The notes: generated from the letters alone by a model not told the origin. DNA of 64,000 nucleotides from an uncultured bacterium (GCA_963537415.1 CAUTDF010000002.1:12460-76459); one strand, 5' to 3'. Numbered from the stretch's first letter, positions 34,559 through 45,298 are shown. Numbers and translations are program-made.

Positions 34559-34619
34559 ACCGGGAGTATACACATCTTTTCTAAAATGTCAAGTAAAAAT
34601 CTGAGAGAATCAGATTTTT

Positions 34620-35615
34620 TTATTTTTGTAGAGAATAGTATCCAGGACTAGTTTCTTTAATAGTGCTGTTGAGTAGGAGGAGGGTTATTTCTTGCAAGAG
34701 TGAAGAATACTCGAGTTCTGTGCTTACTAATAACTCCTCAAAGGAGGCAGGAGTAGTATTGAGATGATTGTAAATTTTGAGTTGGGATGGAGTGAGTTCT
34801 GAGATAGTAGCTGCTGGAATACAAGAGGGAGAAAAATCAGATTTTTTTTGAAAGTGCTGCGAGAGATGATAGTCAAAATCTGATATCAGCTCGATTTTAT
34901 TTTCAGTCACTTTTTGGAAAATACCAGCACTAGAGGAGCTGAAAAGCTGCGCAGGTACAGAGTAGACTTTTTTGTGATATTGGTTGGCGAAATCTGTTGT
35001 AATAAGGCTTCAAGATTTTTCTTTTGCCTCTGGGAGAAAGAGGATATCTGCAAGTTGAGCTAAAAGTTTATTTCTCTGTGGGAAACTTCGTTTTGTTGGT
35101 TCAAATCAGATTTTGAATTGTGAAATAATCAGTCCTCAGTTTTCTAGGATTTTTTCTAGAAATAGGCGGTCCTTAGATTTATGATAATGTTGAAATCCTC
35201 AGCCAAGTACTGCGATTGTTGGGAGTTTGTATTTAAGGGAGAGTTCATGTGCTAATTGGTCTATTCCCCTAGCAAATCCAGAAATTGTGGCAATTTGGTA
35301 TTTTTCTGCAGATTTGAAGAAAAGTTCCATCACTTCTAGTGCATAGGAAGAGGGGAGTCTTGGTCATACGATTCAGAGTTTTTTTTCTTTGAGGAGATCC
35401 AGGTTTCCTTGGTAATAAAAAAGGTAGGGACTATCTCTATAATTTCTGAGTTGAGCAGGGTATCAGCTGTCTTTTTGCGTGAGTCCTAAAATATTGTGCT
35501 CTTGGCAGTAGTCAATCAGTTTCTGGTCTAAGTTTTGTATATCATAGTTGCCTTTTTTGAAGTCTGAGAGTTTGAGTTCTGGTTGACTACTGTAGGTGAT
35601 GAGTTCTGGTAGCAT
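34620..35615 (-). CDS. dprA: DNA processing protein DprA
   Basis: SPYLFYYQGNL, L-G-IV-G-PR, SGFARGIDQLAH, TIAVLGGG, FPQRNKLLA, EKS-G-SLITT, C-terminal winged helix. 331 aa. Confidence 0.88.
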
Positions 35616-35812
35616 GATGTATTTGTTTGATAAAGGTTATTTTTTTGTATTCTTTTCTTTTTGAAAATCAAGTAAAAATCTGATAATATTCTTTTGTCAA
35701 AAAAATATTTGATGATTTTTGGGTTTGGTTTTGCGACAGGATTTTGGATTTATCCGTTGCTTTTTAGGATGATTTCAGTACAAGTAGAGTCAGTTTTTTT
35801 AGATTTTTTGGT

Positions 35813-37135
35813 ATGATGGCAGAGCTTCGTCCAAGTGGTTTTCCTGAGTATAGTCCAGCAGAGCAGCTGGTTTTTGATCAGATTGTGGGTATTATTCAGG
35901 CGCAGTATCAGCAATTTTGATATACTCATATTCATACTCCAGCAGTGGAAAAAAATGATGTTCTACTCGCAAAAAACTGAGAAGAAACAGGGAAACAGAT
36001 TTTTTGACTGTATGGAATGGCTCAAGGAGCTGAAGATTTGAAAGAGTACGGTTTGCATTTTGATCTGACAGTGCCATTTGCAAGATATACGCTAGATTGG
36101 GAACATCAGCTTACTTTTCCGTTCAAGAGGTATCAGATTCAACCTGTTTGGAGATGAGAAAGGGCACAGAAGGGGAGATTTAGAGAGTTCTTTCAGTGTG
36201 ATATTGATGCTATCTGGAAGGGAGAAAAGGATTATTTTTATTATGATGCAGAAATTATTGCTGTATTAGGTAAGACTTTGACTGAGGTTTTAGCTGCAGT
36301 TAATATTCAGGATTCGGTATGTTTTCATATCAATAATAAAAAGATTATTAGAGCTTTTTTGCAGGAAATTGCTTGAGATAAAGCTCAAGATCTATGAAAT
36401 CTAATTGATAAATATGCAAAGATTGGTCAGGAGAAGTTTTTGGCAAGTTTGCAGGAGGATTTTTGATTTGACGCGGAAAAACAGCAAAAAATTCTGAAAT
36501 TTATTCAGCTGTCTTCTGATAAAATTGAGGATTTGGATCAGCTTTTGCTTTTTTCTCAGAATGAGGATTTTTTGGTATGAATTTTTGAATTAAGATCAGT
36601 TTTGACCTTGATTCAGGATTTTCAAAAGAGTCTTTGATTGGTCTTTCACTGGGTATTTGATATGCAGATCATTAGAGGGCTAGACTATTATACTGGTACT
36701 ATTTTTGAGGCGCTTTTTGAAAATGAACCGCAGCTTGGATCCATTTGTTGAGGTGGAAGATATCAGAATCTAACTGGTTATATTGATCCAAAGAGAAATG
36801 AATATTGTGGGGTCTGAGGTAGTATCTGAATTAGTAGGATTCTTAGTAGGGTTTTCTCTGTTCAAGAGACAAGAAAACAGACTGTTGCGGATTACTTGAT
36901 CCTACAGTTTGAGGTAGGAATGGCTGATTCACTTGCTGTAGGAGCTAGATTTTTAGCAGAGGGGAAAAGTTTTGAAGTTTATCCTTATGCAGAAAAGCTT
37001 TGAAAGCAGTTTGCCTATGCGGATAAAAAGGGGATTCCTTTTGTCGTTATTTATGGGGAGTGAGAAAGGGAAAAATGAATCTATAAGCTCAAAAATATGC
37101 AGAGCTGAGAAGAGCAAGAAGTTCCTTTACATTAG
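35813..37135 (+). CDS. hisS: histidyl-tRNA synthetase
   Basis: [49 protein letters not shown]. Whole frame hand-checked (only TGA interruptions). 440 aa. Confidence 0.9.
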
Positions 37136-37181
37136 TATGTTGAGATAGTCAGTATTTTATTTATTTTGAACGTTGAGAAGA

Positions 37182-37628
37182 ATGAATTATGATGATTTTT
37201 TGAAGGAGCAGTCTGCAAGTCCATGTTTTTTTTGTGGATTCCCATCTGAACCTTTTGTAGATGAAAATGAACATTGCTATGTGGTTTTGGCGAGGGCTCC
37301 TTATACGGCGGATCATTTGTTGGTCGTGCCAAAGGATCATGTGATTTTCCTTAATGAACTTAGTTCTGCTCAGCTAGATGCTGCGATGGCATTGATTACA
37401 AAATGGACCGCAAAACTTCATGAGACATATCCTTGATTGACGTTACTTTTGAGGGATGGATTAACTGGTTGAGAATTGGGGAAAAGTGTTAATCATCTTC
37501 ATTTTCATTTGATTCCTAAAGTTGCAGTCACTGCTATTGGAAATAGAGATGATCGCGAGTATTTTGATAATGAGACGTTTAGCTTGAAGACTGAGGAATT
37601 TAAAGAGAAGTTTAAAGTTGAAAATTAG
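37182..37628 (+). CDS. HIT-family nucleotide hydrolase/transferase
   Basis: Histidine triad NHLHFHLIP. 148 aa from ATG 37182 (the track ORF starts at TTG 37173). Confidence 0.8.
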
Positions 37629-37650
37629 GCTTTATGATAAAAAAAACAAA

Positions 37651-37676
37651 AACCTGAATATATCAGGTTTTTTTTG
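37651..37676 (+). terminator. HIT gene terminator
   Basis: AACCTGA atata TCAGGTT followed by T8. Confidence 0.65.
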
Positions 37677-37685
37677 ATTTGAGGA

Positions 37686-39251
37686 TTATTTTCTCTTTGA
37701 TTTTTTCTTATTATTCTTTTTCTTTGCTTTAGATTTGTTTCACTGCGTTGGTTTTGTTCAGGAATTTTTTTCTAAAGTAGGTGGGGTAGGATTCTCGAGA
37801 GATTCCCACTTGAAGGCTTGAGGATCTGCTAACCTTTGTCCATATCGAATTCAGAAGATGAGCATAAATGGATAGACGATCATTCTATCAACAAAGGAAT
37901 GAAGTACCAGTCCTTCAATAGCCAGTCCCAAGAGTCAGAGTCCAAGCCCGATTGCTATGAGTATTTGAGTTAGCTTTTTTTGATCAGCTTTTTTTCATTT
38001 TTTGACTTCTATTAGGTAGGTTCTGATTTCTTTGAGTCCTTGCCAAAGGAGTCGTCCAAAACAAAATATCCATGGAATAAAGCCGAGTATTCCATATTCC
38101 ATAAAAATCTGGACATATTGGTTTTCTGGATTGAAGCCTGGAGTATCCATGCTATATTTTTGGTTGATTTCAGTGATAGTAGCACATCTTGTGTCTGTAG
38201 TTGCGTTTAGGCAGAGCTGATGCGAGGCTGGTCCAGAGTATCCTGCTCCTCGTCCAAAGAAAGGCTTTTGTAATCCTAGTTCAATACCAGCTTCGAGGAG
38301 TTTAATATGTCAGGTATTGCTGTGCTCTCTGGCGAATGCTCCTCTAAAGTAGAAAAATGCTCAAAGTAAGAGGATAAAAGCTGGAATTCAGATTTTTATA
38401 ATAATTTTTTTTGCGTCTTTTCGATGAAAAATGAGGATAAGGACTGCTGTTTGAAGGATCCATACTCCGATAGCGGCTCTTGAATAGGTTGAAAGAACGA
38501 TTGCTCCTGTTGCGATAGTTCGTCAGATCTGGGTTTTTCTAGACTGTTTTCTAAGGTAGGTGAGAGCAAAAAGTGGCCAGAATGCGATCAACCAGAATCC
38601 AAAACTGATAGGTCTCTCAAAGAGGAATTGATTTCTGGCGAGTCATTGGTTGATCTGTGTGTAGTAGACGGCAGGAGGATTTCCAGTCAGCGTTCCCTCA
38701 AAACTATCGCGAGAATAACCAAAGAGTTTAAGAAAGCTCGGAAGCAGTCCAATGATTGCCCACCAAATTACTCCTCCATAGATTGCTCATTTAAAAAGGT
38801 TTTCGTATCGCTTGTGAAATTTTGTATTGATAGGGAGGGCTCGGGCGAGTAGTCCTCAGAGAATAAATATGAGGAATCAGATCAGGTCATACTTTGCTGA
38901 GAGAATATAGGTTGAGATACTGACTTTTTGAACAATGACTGCGAGGAATGCTGTAACTATGCAGAGGATTAGAAATCAGCAAATAAATCTGAAAAAAGAG
39001 GTCTGTAAGAGTTGTTTTTGAGATAGGTTTTCAGATTTTTCTGATGATAAAAGGTATTTTTGTACCAGGAGTCGTCCAGCAATTAGCATAAAGATGAAAA
39101 TGAGTGCTTCTTTTCGTAGTCGGACTCGGTTTCGTATACCTTCGCTTCGTCAGAACTTGTAAGTGAAGAGCGTATGGAGAAAAAATTGGAGAAAGAGTCC
39201 AATCAGGAAGACTTTGATTAAAATATTAACGATTTTTGTGAGAGTTTTCAT
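37686..39251 (-). CDS. O-antigen ligase/polymerase-like (Wzy_C) polytopic membrane protein
   Basis: 521 aa. Frame hand-checked codon by codon (no TAA/TAG, about 19 TGA). More than 10 hydrophobic helices, STYSRAAIG and NPENQYVQIFMEYGILGF resemble the Wzy_C loop. Basic K-rich tail. Confidence 0.65.
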
Positions 39252-39287
39252 ACAAAATTGACTAGAAATAAAGCTGGATATTTTGGA

Positions 39288-40343
39288 TTAGATGAGTTTT
39301 TCATCTTTTTGTATGGTGGTTCGTATTTTTGTTGAGAAAAGTTTTTTGAAAGCTGGTGAGTATTCGCAAATTCATTTTGTGATTGGAGACTTATTGATCT
39401 CTAGGATATATCCATCAGCTAGTTCTCCCTCTGAGATGATATCAATTCAGAAGTATCTTGCTCAGAAAGCTGCTGCGATCTTTCTTAGAAAGATGGTATC
39501 ACGGTCTGTATATTTGATCTCTCTGATTGCCCCTCAGGTTGCAATGTTTGCGGTTGGTAGGAGAGGGAGTGTTTTATTTTTTTCTAAGATAGATTCTGTA
39601 TTAATCCCTTGGATTTCGAGGTAGTGTTCAACTTTTTTCTGCTTGATCGTTGGAAAGTTTGTCTCAATCAGGTTTTTAATTGTATTTTCTCCGTCTCCTG
39701 TAATGGCTGGTGGGATTCTATCGTAGGCAACTAGGATTTCTCCATCCAAATAGAGTACTCTATAATCTCTACCTGGAATGTAGGTTTGTAAGAGATGCAT
39801 ATTTTTATTGCTCTGATTGAAATGAGAAAGCGTAGCTAACAACTGATTATTATCAAATATCTTTGAAACTCAAGATCAGAGGCTTCCATCATTTGGCTTG
39901 AAGATTAGTGGATATCCGTATTTTTCTGCAAATTGGATGCAGGCAGAAGTAGTATTTTCTTGGTTGCTATATCTTGTATTTTCTCTAGCAACGAGCATAT
40001 CTTCCGCGACTAAAAATCAGTTTTTTCTAAGAATTTTTGAGGTGTAGATTTTGTCTTCAAAGATTCTTCTCAGTGTCGAACTATCAAAACCATAGTCTGC
40101 ATGATAAATGATCCTATTTTGTCCGTTTGGAAGATGTATAGTTAGCATAAATCAGTATTCATCTATGGTATAAGGAGTTTGAGATTTTTCTATTTCATCA
40201 ATCAAGATCCAAATCCCATGTTGGACTTGATATTCGCTTTTCATGAGGGATGATTTGTTCGTGAGATAGTTGAGCTGTGTTATTTTTTCCTTTTGAGTAG
40301 CTGTGATATTTATGTAGCTATTTTCTGAGGTGATAATTCACAT
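39288..40343 (-). CDS. ATP-grasp protein (cyanophycin synthetase/RimK-like)
   Basis: FKPNDGSL-G-S-G-V, RVLYLDGE, ITGDGENTIKNLIE, TANIAT-G-GAIREI, FGIDII...ILEINKSP. 351 aa. Start uncertain (the ATG is followed directly by TGA). Confidence 0.6.
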
Positions 40344-40424
40344 CTTAGGTATTCAAAAGCTAAAACCAAGCGATCTGATTTCGAAAAAAGAATGAAGTCA
40401 GATTTTTGATTTAGTTTTTTATTT

Positions 40425-42005
40425 TTATTCAACAGAAGCCATATCTTCAAAGAGATGCTGGAGCTCACTTGAGTTTTGTTCTTCAGTTGGAGGTGTCTCT
40501 AGATAGGTATTTAAGTGCGGCTTCTTTTTGAGAAGAGGATTTAGAGAGTCTATCAGCATCCCGTAATCTCAAGATTTTGGATAGACATAGGTGATTGGAT
40601 CAAGCAATCCTGTTGGCCTAATAATCTGCTCCACAACTTGTTCAGAAAGCTCTAATTCATATTCAGCTGGAGTTGCTGAAAGGAAGATGGCCTTTGATCA
40701 GCTTTTTATTTTTTGTTTGAGGCTAGAGTAGTGATTTGCTTTTCTTGCCTCGCTTTTGATGATTGATGAGGTATCAAGCACCTGCTGATGAGCGGTTGAA
40801 ACAAGCTCTAGGTCTTGAGTAGCTTGATCAAGTTTTACCGTATCTAGAGATTTTCGTCAAAGAGAAACCTCAAGTTCCTCAAATCTTAGTGGTCTATGGT
40901 CAATTGCTGAAGGGAGGCGGAATCCGTAGCGGATAAGATTATTTTTTCTCGCTCTATCTCCTTCAGCCATTGCTCTGAGCTGAGGGATTGTCATATGAGA
41001 CTCGTCTACAATCATCAAGAAATCATCTGGGAAATAATCAAAAATTGTATTCGGTGGTTCTCCAGGCAGTCTCTGGTCAAAGTAGAGAGAGTAGTTTTCG
41101 ATTCCGTTGACAAATCAGGTTTCTCTGATCATTCTAATGTCATATTCTACTTTTTTCTTGATCCTTTCTGCCTCTAGAGCCATCCCCATTTTCTCAAATT
41201 CTTTAACTCTGAGCTCTTTTTCGGCATCCATTTGTTGAAGGATTTTTTCTAGGTCTGATACATCTTGGAGGTATTGGGTAGCTGGCCAGAGCATAGTTTT
41301 TTGGACTGGCTCTAGGAGTTCATAGCTTAATGAATCTCTCTTTTCTATTCTCTCAAGTGTCTCTTCATCAAAAAAACAGCGATAGAGGCATTTTTCTGTA
41401 GAGGAGAAAATATCAAGGATATCTCCTTTGATTTCAAACATTCCTGCTTCTATTTTCCCTTGGATAGGTTTGTATTGCATATGAAGGAGCTGTTTTTTGA
41501 TCGCATCAAAGCTGTATTTGTGGTTTACATAGAGCTGGAGACAGTTTTCTTCAAAGAATCTGCTTTGTCAAAGTCCATAGAGTGATGATGCAGATGCAAC
41601 CACGATCACATCTGGTCTACTGAGGAGAGATGCCATTGTTGCGAGTCTGTACATCTCGATTTCTTGGTTGATGGTAGCTTCTTTTTCAATGTAGGTTCCA
41701 GAGCTTGGAAGGTAGCTTTCTGGTTGGTAATAATCAAAGTAGGAAACAAAATAATGTACTGCGTTATCAGGAAAAAATGATTTGAATTCGGTTGCGAGCT
41801 GAGCAGCTAGGGTTTTGTTGTGAGAAATCACCAGAGTCGGCTTTTGAACTTTTTGAATAATATTTGCCATGGTAAAGGTTTTTCCCGTTCCTGTCGCTCA
41901 TAGTAGAGTCAGATGATGTTTCCCCTCATCAAAGGCACGAGAAATCTGATCAATCGCTTTGGGTTGGTCTCCAGCAGGAAGGTAGCTCGCCTTGAGTTGA
42001 AACAT
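40425..42005 (-). CDS. uvrB: excinuclease ABC subunit B, N-terminal two thirds only (C-terminal helicase and UVR domains absent)
   Basis: [60 protein letters not shown]. It then ends after about 55 more residues (TAA 40425). No LREGLD or QTIGRAAR motifs. Confidence 0.85.
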
Positions 42006-42035
42006 CAGCTTGATAAGTAAGTAAATCAGTTTCTG

Positions 42036-42063
42036 AGTATAAAAAAATGTTTTCAGATTTCAA
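42036..42063 (-). promoter_or_regulatory. promoter of uvrB
   Basis: TTGAAA (42058-42063)-N16-TATACT (42036-42041) on the minus strand. Confidence 0.5.
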
Positions 42064-42072
42064 CTGATAATC

Positions 42073-42144
42073 AAAAAAATCCTCAAGTATTCTTGAGGAT
42101 TTTGTCTGAAAACTACAAAAATCAAACATATGATCAATTACGTA
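42073..42144 (-). ncRNA. candidate sRNA unit 3 (could also be the 3'UTR and terminator of 42187-42579)
   Basis: TTGATT (42174-42179)-N17-TATCTT (42151-42156) on the minus strand. Hairpin ATCCTCAAG/CTTGAGGAT (42079-42100) plus T6. Confidence 0.25.
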
Positions 42145-42186
42145 GTATATAAGATATATGAAATTGGTACAAAAATCAAGTCAGGT

Positions 42187-42579
42187 TTATTTGTTTTTGA
42201 AGATGTCTTCATAAACTCATTCCTCAAACCATTTTTTTTGAAGTTCCATAAATTCTTCTGGTTCCGATCTGTTTTCTTCTAGAGTTTGCTCTGGAAACTT
42301 TTCTCCCGTGAAGCCTTTGGTATAGTTTTTATCGTATTGAGCATAGGTGGGATCAAGGATGGTTTCCTTGTCTCAGTCTTTTTCTACTACAAAGCGGTGA
42401 CCTTCCCCTTTTTCAATATATGAAAACTGAAGTCTGACCTCTTTCCCTTGAGTTTTAAGAATGTCAAAAAGTTCTTTGCTTGCAACATTGCAGTAGTCTT
42501 CAGGAAAGCCTTTCTCTTTTGAGAATTTTTCGATAACTTGATGCATAATTTCTTCCGAACTCTGAGCTGTGTTTATCAT
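42187..42579 (-). CDS. hypothetical protein
   Basis: 130 aa (the track ORF extended through 2 TGA). Consensus promoter TTGCAA-N17-TATAAT at 42610-42638. Confidence 0.5.
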
Positions 42580-42609
42580 GAGTATCCAAGCAAATAAAAG
42601 TTTACTTTA

Positions 42610-42638
42610 ATTATATCGGTATTGCCTTTGTTTTGCAA
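42610..42638 (-). promoter_or_regulatory. promoter of 42187-42579
   Basis: TTGCAA (42633-42638)-N17-TATAAT (42610-42615) on the minus strand. Confidence 0.55.
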
Positions 42639-42671
42639 GTTTTTAGGTTTAGAATTTTGTTTTTTTAATAA

Positions 42672-42751
42672 AGAAAAACTTCTCAAGAATACTTGAGAAG
42701 TTCAACTGTTTTTAATGTACTAATTTACTTAATTTATGTATGGATCATTGT
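42672..42751 (-). ncRNA. candidate sRNA unit 4
   Basis: TTGACT (42780-42785)-N16-TATATT (42758-42763) on the minus strand, then about 80 nt to hairpin AACTTCTCAAG/CTTGAGAAGTT (42677-42702) plus U-run. Lies in a divergent spacer, upstream of the separate promoter of 42579. Confidence 0.4.
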
Positions 42752-42831
42752 TTGATGAATATATAAAATTTCTTTTAAAAGTCAAGTAAAAAAATACTTG
42801 AATTTGATTTTGTCTTTTTGGGACTGATTTG

Positions 42832-42916
42832 AAAAAAAATCCTCAGTAGAAAACTGAGGATTCTCGTGAATAGGTAACTCTTTTAGAATGTTGTGATTAG
42901 AAAAAACTTCATTCCG
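42832..42916 (-). ncRNA. candidate sRNA unit 5
   Basis: TTGACA (42945-42950)-N16-TATCTT (42923-42928) on the minus strand, then about 85 nt to hairpin ATCCTCAGT/ACTGAGGAT (42839-42861) plus T7. Only a 9-codon ORF inside. Confidence 0.4.
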
Positions 42917-43026
42917 TTCTTTAAGATAAAGAATTACTTTGAAATGTCAAGATATTTTTTGCCCTTGATTTATTGAGAGGAAATAGTAGACTGAAATTCA
43001 GAATTTTTATCTTTTTTTCTTGCAGG

Positions 43027-43632
43027 ATGAGGCAAATTGTATTTATTCACGGGTGAAATTTGATAAAAGATAATGATGAACTTCTAAAAGTCATGCAAAC
43101 TTGGGAAGTGAATCCTTTTGAAGAAAAAAAGAGACGAAGACTGGTTTTACAGGAAAGGTTGCCTGAGTTTGTCGTTATAAAACCTGAAATGCCAAATAAA
43201 GATATGGCACGTTATAGTACTTGGAAGCTTTGGTTTGAGAAGTATTTTCAGTTTCTGGATGATGAAGAGCTGATTTTGATTGGGCATTCGCTTGGGGCGA
43301 TGTTTTTGGTGAAGTATTTTGCTGAAAATCAGTTTCCAAAAAAAGTAGCTCAGTTGCATTTGGTAGCTCCTGTGCTGGATGCTGAGGGATTACCAGAGGG
43401 GGATAATTATCTATGAGATTTTGCCTATGATTTTGCAGCAGTGAAAAATATCTCATCAAAAGCAGAGAAAGTCGTGATTTGGAGTTCAAAGGATGATCCA
43501 ACCGTTCCCTATCAGCATAGTGTGCGTATTCAGTCTCAGATTGCTGGTTCTCAGCTGAAAATGTTTGAAGATAGGGGACATTTTAATCAGGCTGAGTTTC
43601 CTGAGTTGATCGAAGAAATTAAGAAAAAATAG
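43027..43632 (+). CDS. alpha/beta hydrolase (YdeN/RBBP9-like serine hydrolase)
   Basis: VFIHG-G-N, GHSLG nucleophile elbow, late D and H (DDP..., GHF). 201 aa. Confidence 0.7.
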
Positions 43633-43655
43633 GGGAAAAACCAGATTCCCCTTTT

Positions 43656-43973
43656 TTATTTGGATAAGACTCGGTTTGCGAGCTGATTGAGCTGTTCTTG
43701 CAGGGCTTTTCACTCTGGACTGAGATAGTAATTAATTTTTAGCGGTTTTGACTGTGAAACTTCCCTGATAATCAGGTTTTTTTCTAATAGAAGGTCCAAT
43801 CTCTCAGTGAGCACTTTTGAGTTTATTTGTGGGAGCCTTCTCATGATTCCTGAGAAGCTGGAAATCCCCTCAGATAGTGTTTGGAGAATATGGAGGGTCC
43901 GCTTTTTACCAAAGGTTTCAAAAAGCTGATAAATTGGACATTCGCTTGATCGTGCTTGAATAGAGGATTCCAT
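43656..43973 (-). CDS. HxlR-family winged-helix transcriptional regulator
   Basis: CPIYQLFETFGKKRTLHILQTL...FSGIMRRLPQINSKVLTERLDLLLEKNLI. 105 aa. Divergent from an NAD(P)-binding gene (the classic HxlR arrangement). Confidence 0.75.
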
Positions 43974-44175
43974 CAGATTTTTCTTTTTTGAACTAAAAGA
44001 TAGTTACTTGACTATAGTAATTTAGTGTAAAAAGTAAAGTTGTTTTTCTCGTGCTTACTTTTTGGTAAGTAGATTGTCTTTCGCCTATTGAAAATTTTAT
44101 TTTTTTCACTATAAGTACGCCAACACTTAACTTTATAAAAGAAAGTGATTTACTTTATTAAAGAATATTAAAATA

Positions 44176-44805
44176 ATGAAAATTGCAGTAATTGGAGCGA
44201 ATGGGAAAGCTGGTAAATTGATCGCAAATGAGGCGGTAAAAAGAGGATTTGATGTAACGGCTATTGTCCGCAGTGAAAATCAGTCTCAAGCACAGCATGT
44301 TTTACAAAAGGATCTTTTTGCCTTGACCCGTGAGGATTTGCAGGGATTTGATGCTGTTGTAGATGCTTTCGGTGTGTGGAATGAGGAACAATTTCCTTTT
44401 CATATTACTTCTCTTAGACACCTTGCAGATCTTGTGGAGTGACAAAATGGTAAGTTATTCATAGTTTGATGAGCAGGAAGTTTGATTGTAGATAAGGAAA
44501 AGGGAGTTAGATTGGTTGACTCTCCAGATTTCCCAGCTGAATTTAAGGTTTTAGCTGATGTTGAGGCAGAAGCTTTTCTAGAGCTTAGAGAAAGGGCTAA
44601 TGTAAATTGGATTTATGTTTGCCCACCAGCTGACTTTAGACCTGAGATTGAGAATAGAGGAGCTTATAGCCTCTGAAATGGTGAATTTGCATTGAATAGC
44701 AGAGGAGAAAGTGCTATTAGTTATGCAGATTATGCATTAGCAATGGTCGATTTAATTGAGCAGAATAAATACAACCAGCAGATTGTTTCAGTAAATGGGA
44801 AATAA
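44176..44805 (+). CDS. NAD(P)H-binding (atypical SDR/NmrA-like) protein
   Basis: MKIAVIGANGKAGKLI Rossmann start. FIV-G-G-AGSL, where the GG is a tandem TGA-TGA (44467-44472). 209 aa. Confidence 0.8.
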
Positions 44806-44867
44806 GTAAACAGAGGAGGAAAGTCAGATTTCTTTCTTCTTAATCAGAAAAGTCTACAGCGAAAACG

Positions 44868-45170
44868 CTATAGACTTTTTTTGGAGAATCTTATTTCCAT
44901 GATTGAGATAAATCTACTATGGAGCTCGTTTGCTTTAACAAATGTATCTGCTATTTTTATAATGACTATAATAGTACAAAGCAAGATCGGTACTAGGAGG
45001 ATATCAGGCGATCTTGAGGGATTTTCTGCGTTTTCAATTAAGAACATCAGAGTAATCAAGCTACCAGATACTAGTGATGCCCACCATAATCTTACTTTAA
45101 AGCAATGAACTTTTAACTGTCTCCAAACACAAATCCAGTAAAGGATCTCTTTTTTTGATTTAGTGATCAT
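44868..45170 (-). CDS. hypothetical membrane protein
   Basis: 100-aa ORF, two hydrophobic helices, no TGA, TAG stop. Weak support. Confidence 0.4.
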   Translation of the reverse strand: MITKSKKEILYWICVWRQLKVHCFKVRLWWASLVSGSLITLMFLIENAENPSRSPDILLVPILLCTIIVIIKIADTFVKANELHSRFISIMEIRFSKKSL

Positions 45171-45298
45171 AATACATTATTTTTTATTTTGTTAATAATG
45201 TATATGTATTTATTTAATAATGTCAATACTTTCTTTGTGGAATTTGTTGATATTGTGGTGCTTCGTGTTGTGGAGGATTAAAAATAAAAAAAATCAGA

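Noticed and set aside
34325-34619. The repeated hairpins with similar stems (also 42079-42100, 42677-42702, 42839-42861) could be a CRISPR array or a MITE family.
   Set aside because: Repeat units are not identical, spacing is irregular, no cas genes are present and there are no terminal inverted repeats or target-site duplications. Each hairpin is followed by a T-run and preceded at a fixed distance by -35 and -10 boxes, so they read as transcription units.
42073-42144. A third independent sRNA unit between 42187-42579 and uvrB.
   Set aside because: This one is only downgraded. The -35 box starts 8 nt after the upstream gene's stop, and that gene has no other terminator, so the region may simply be its 3'UTR plus terminator.
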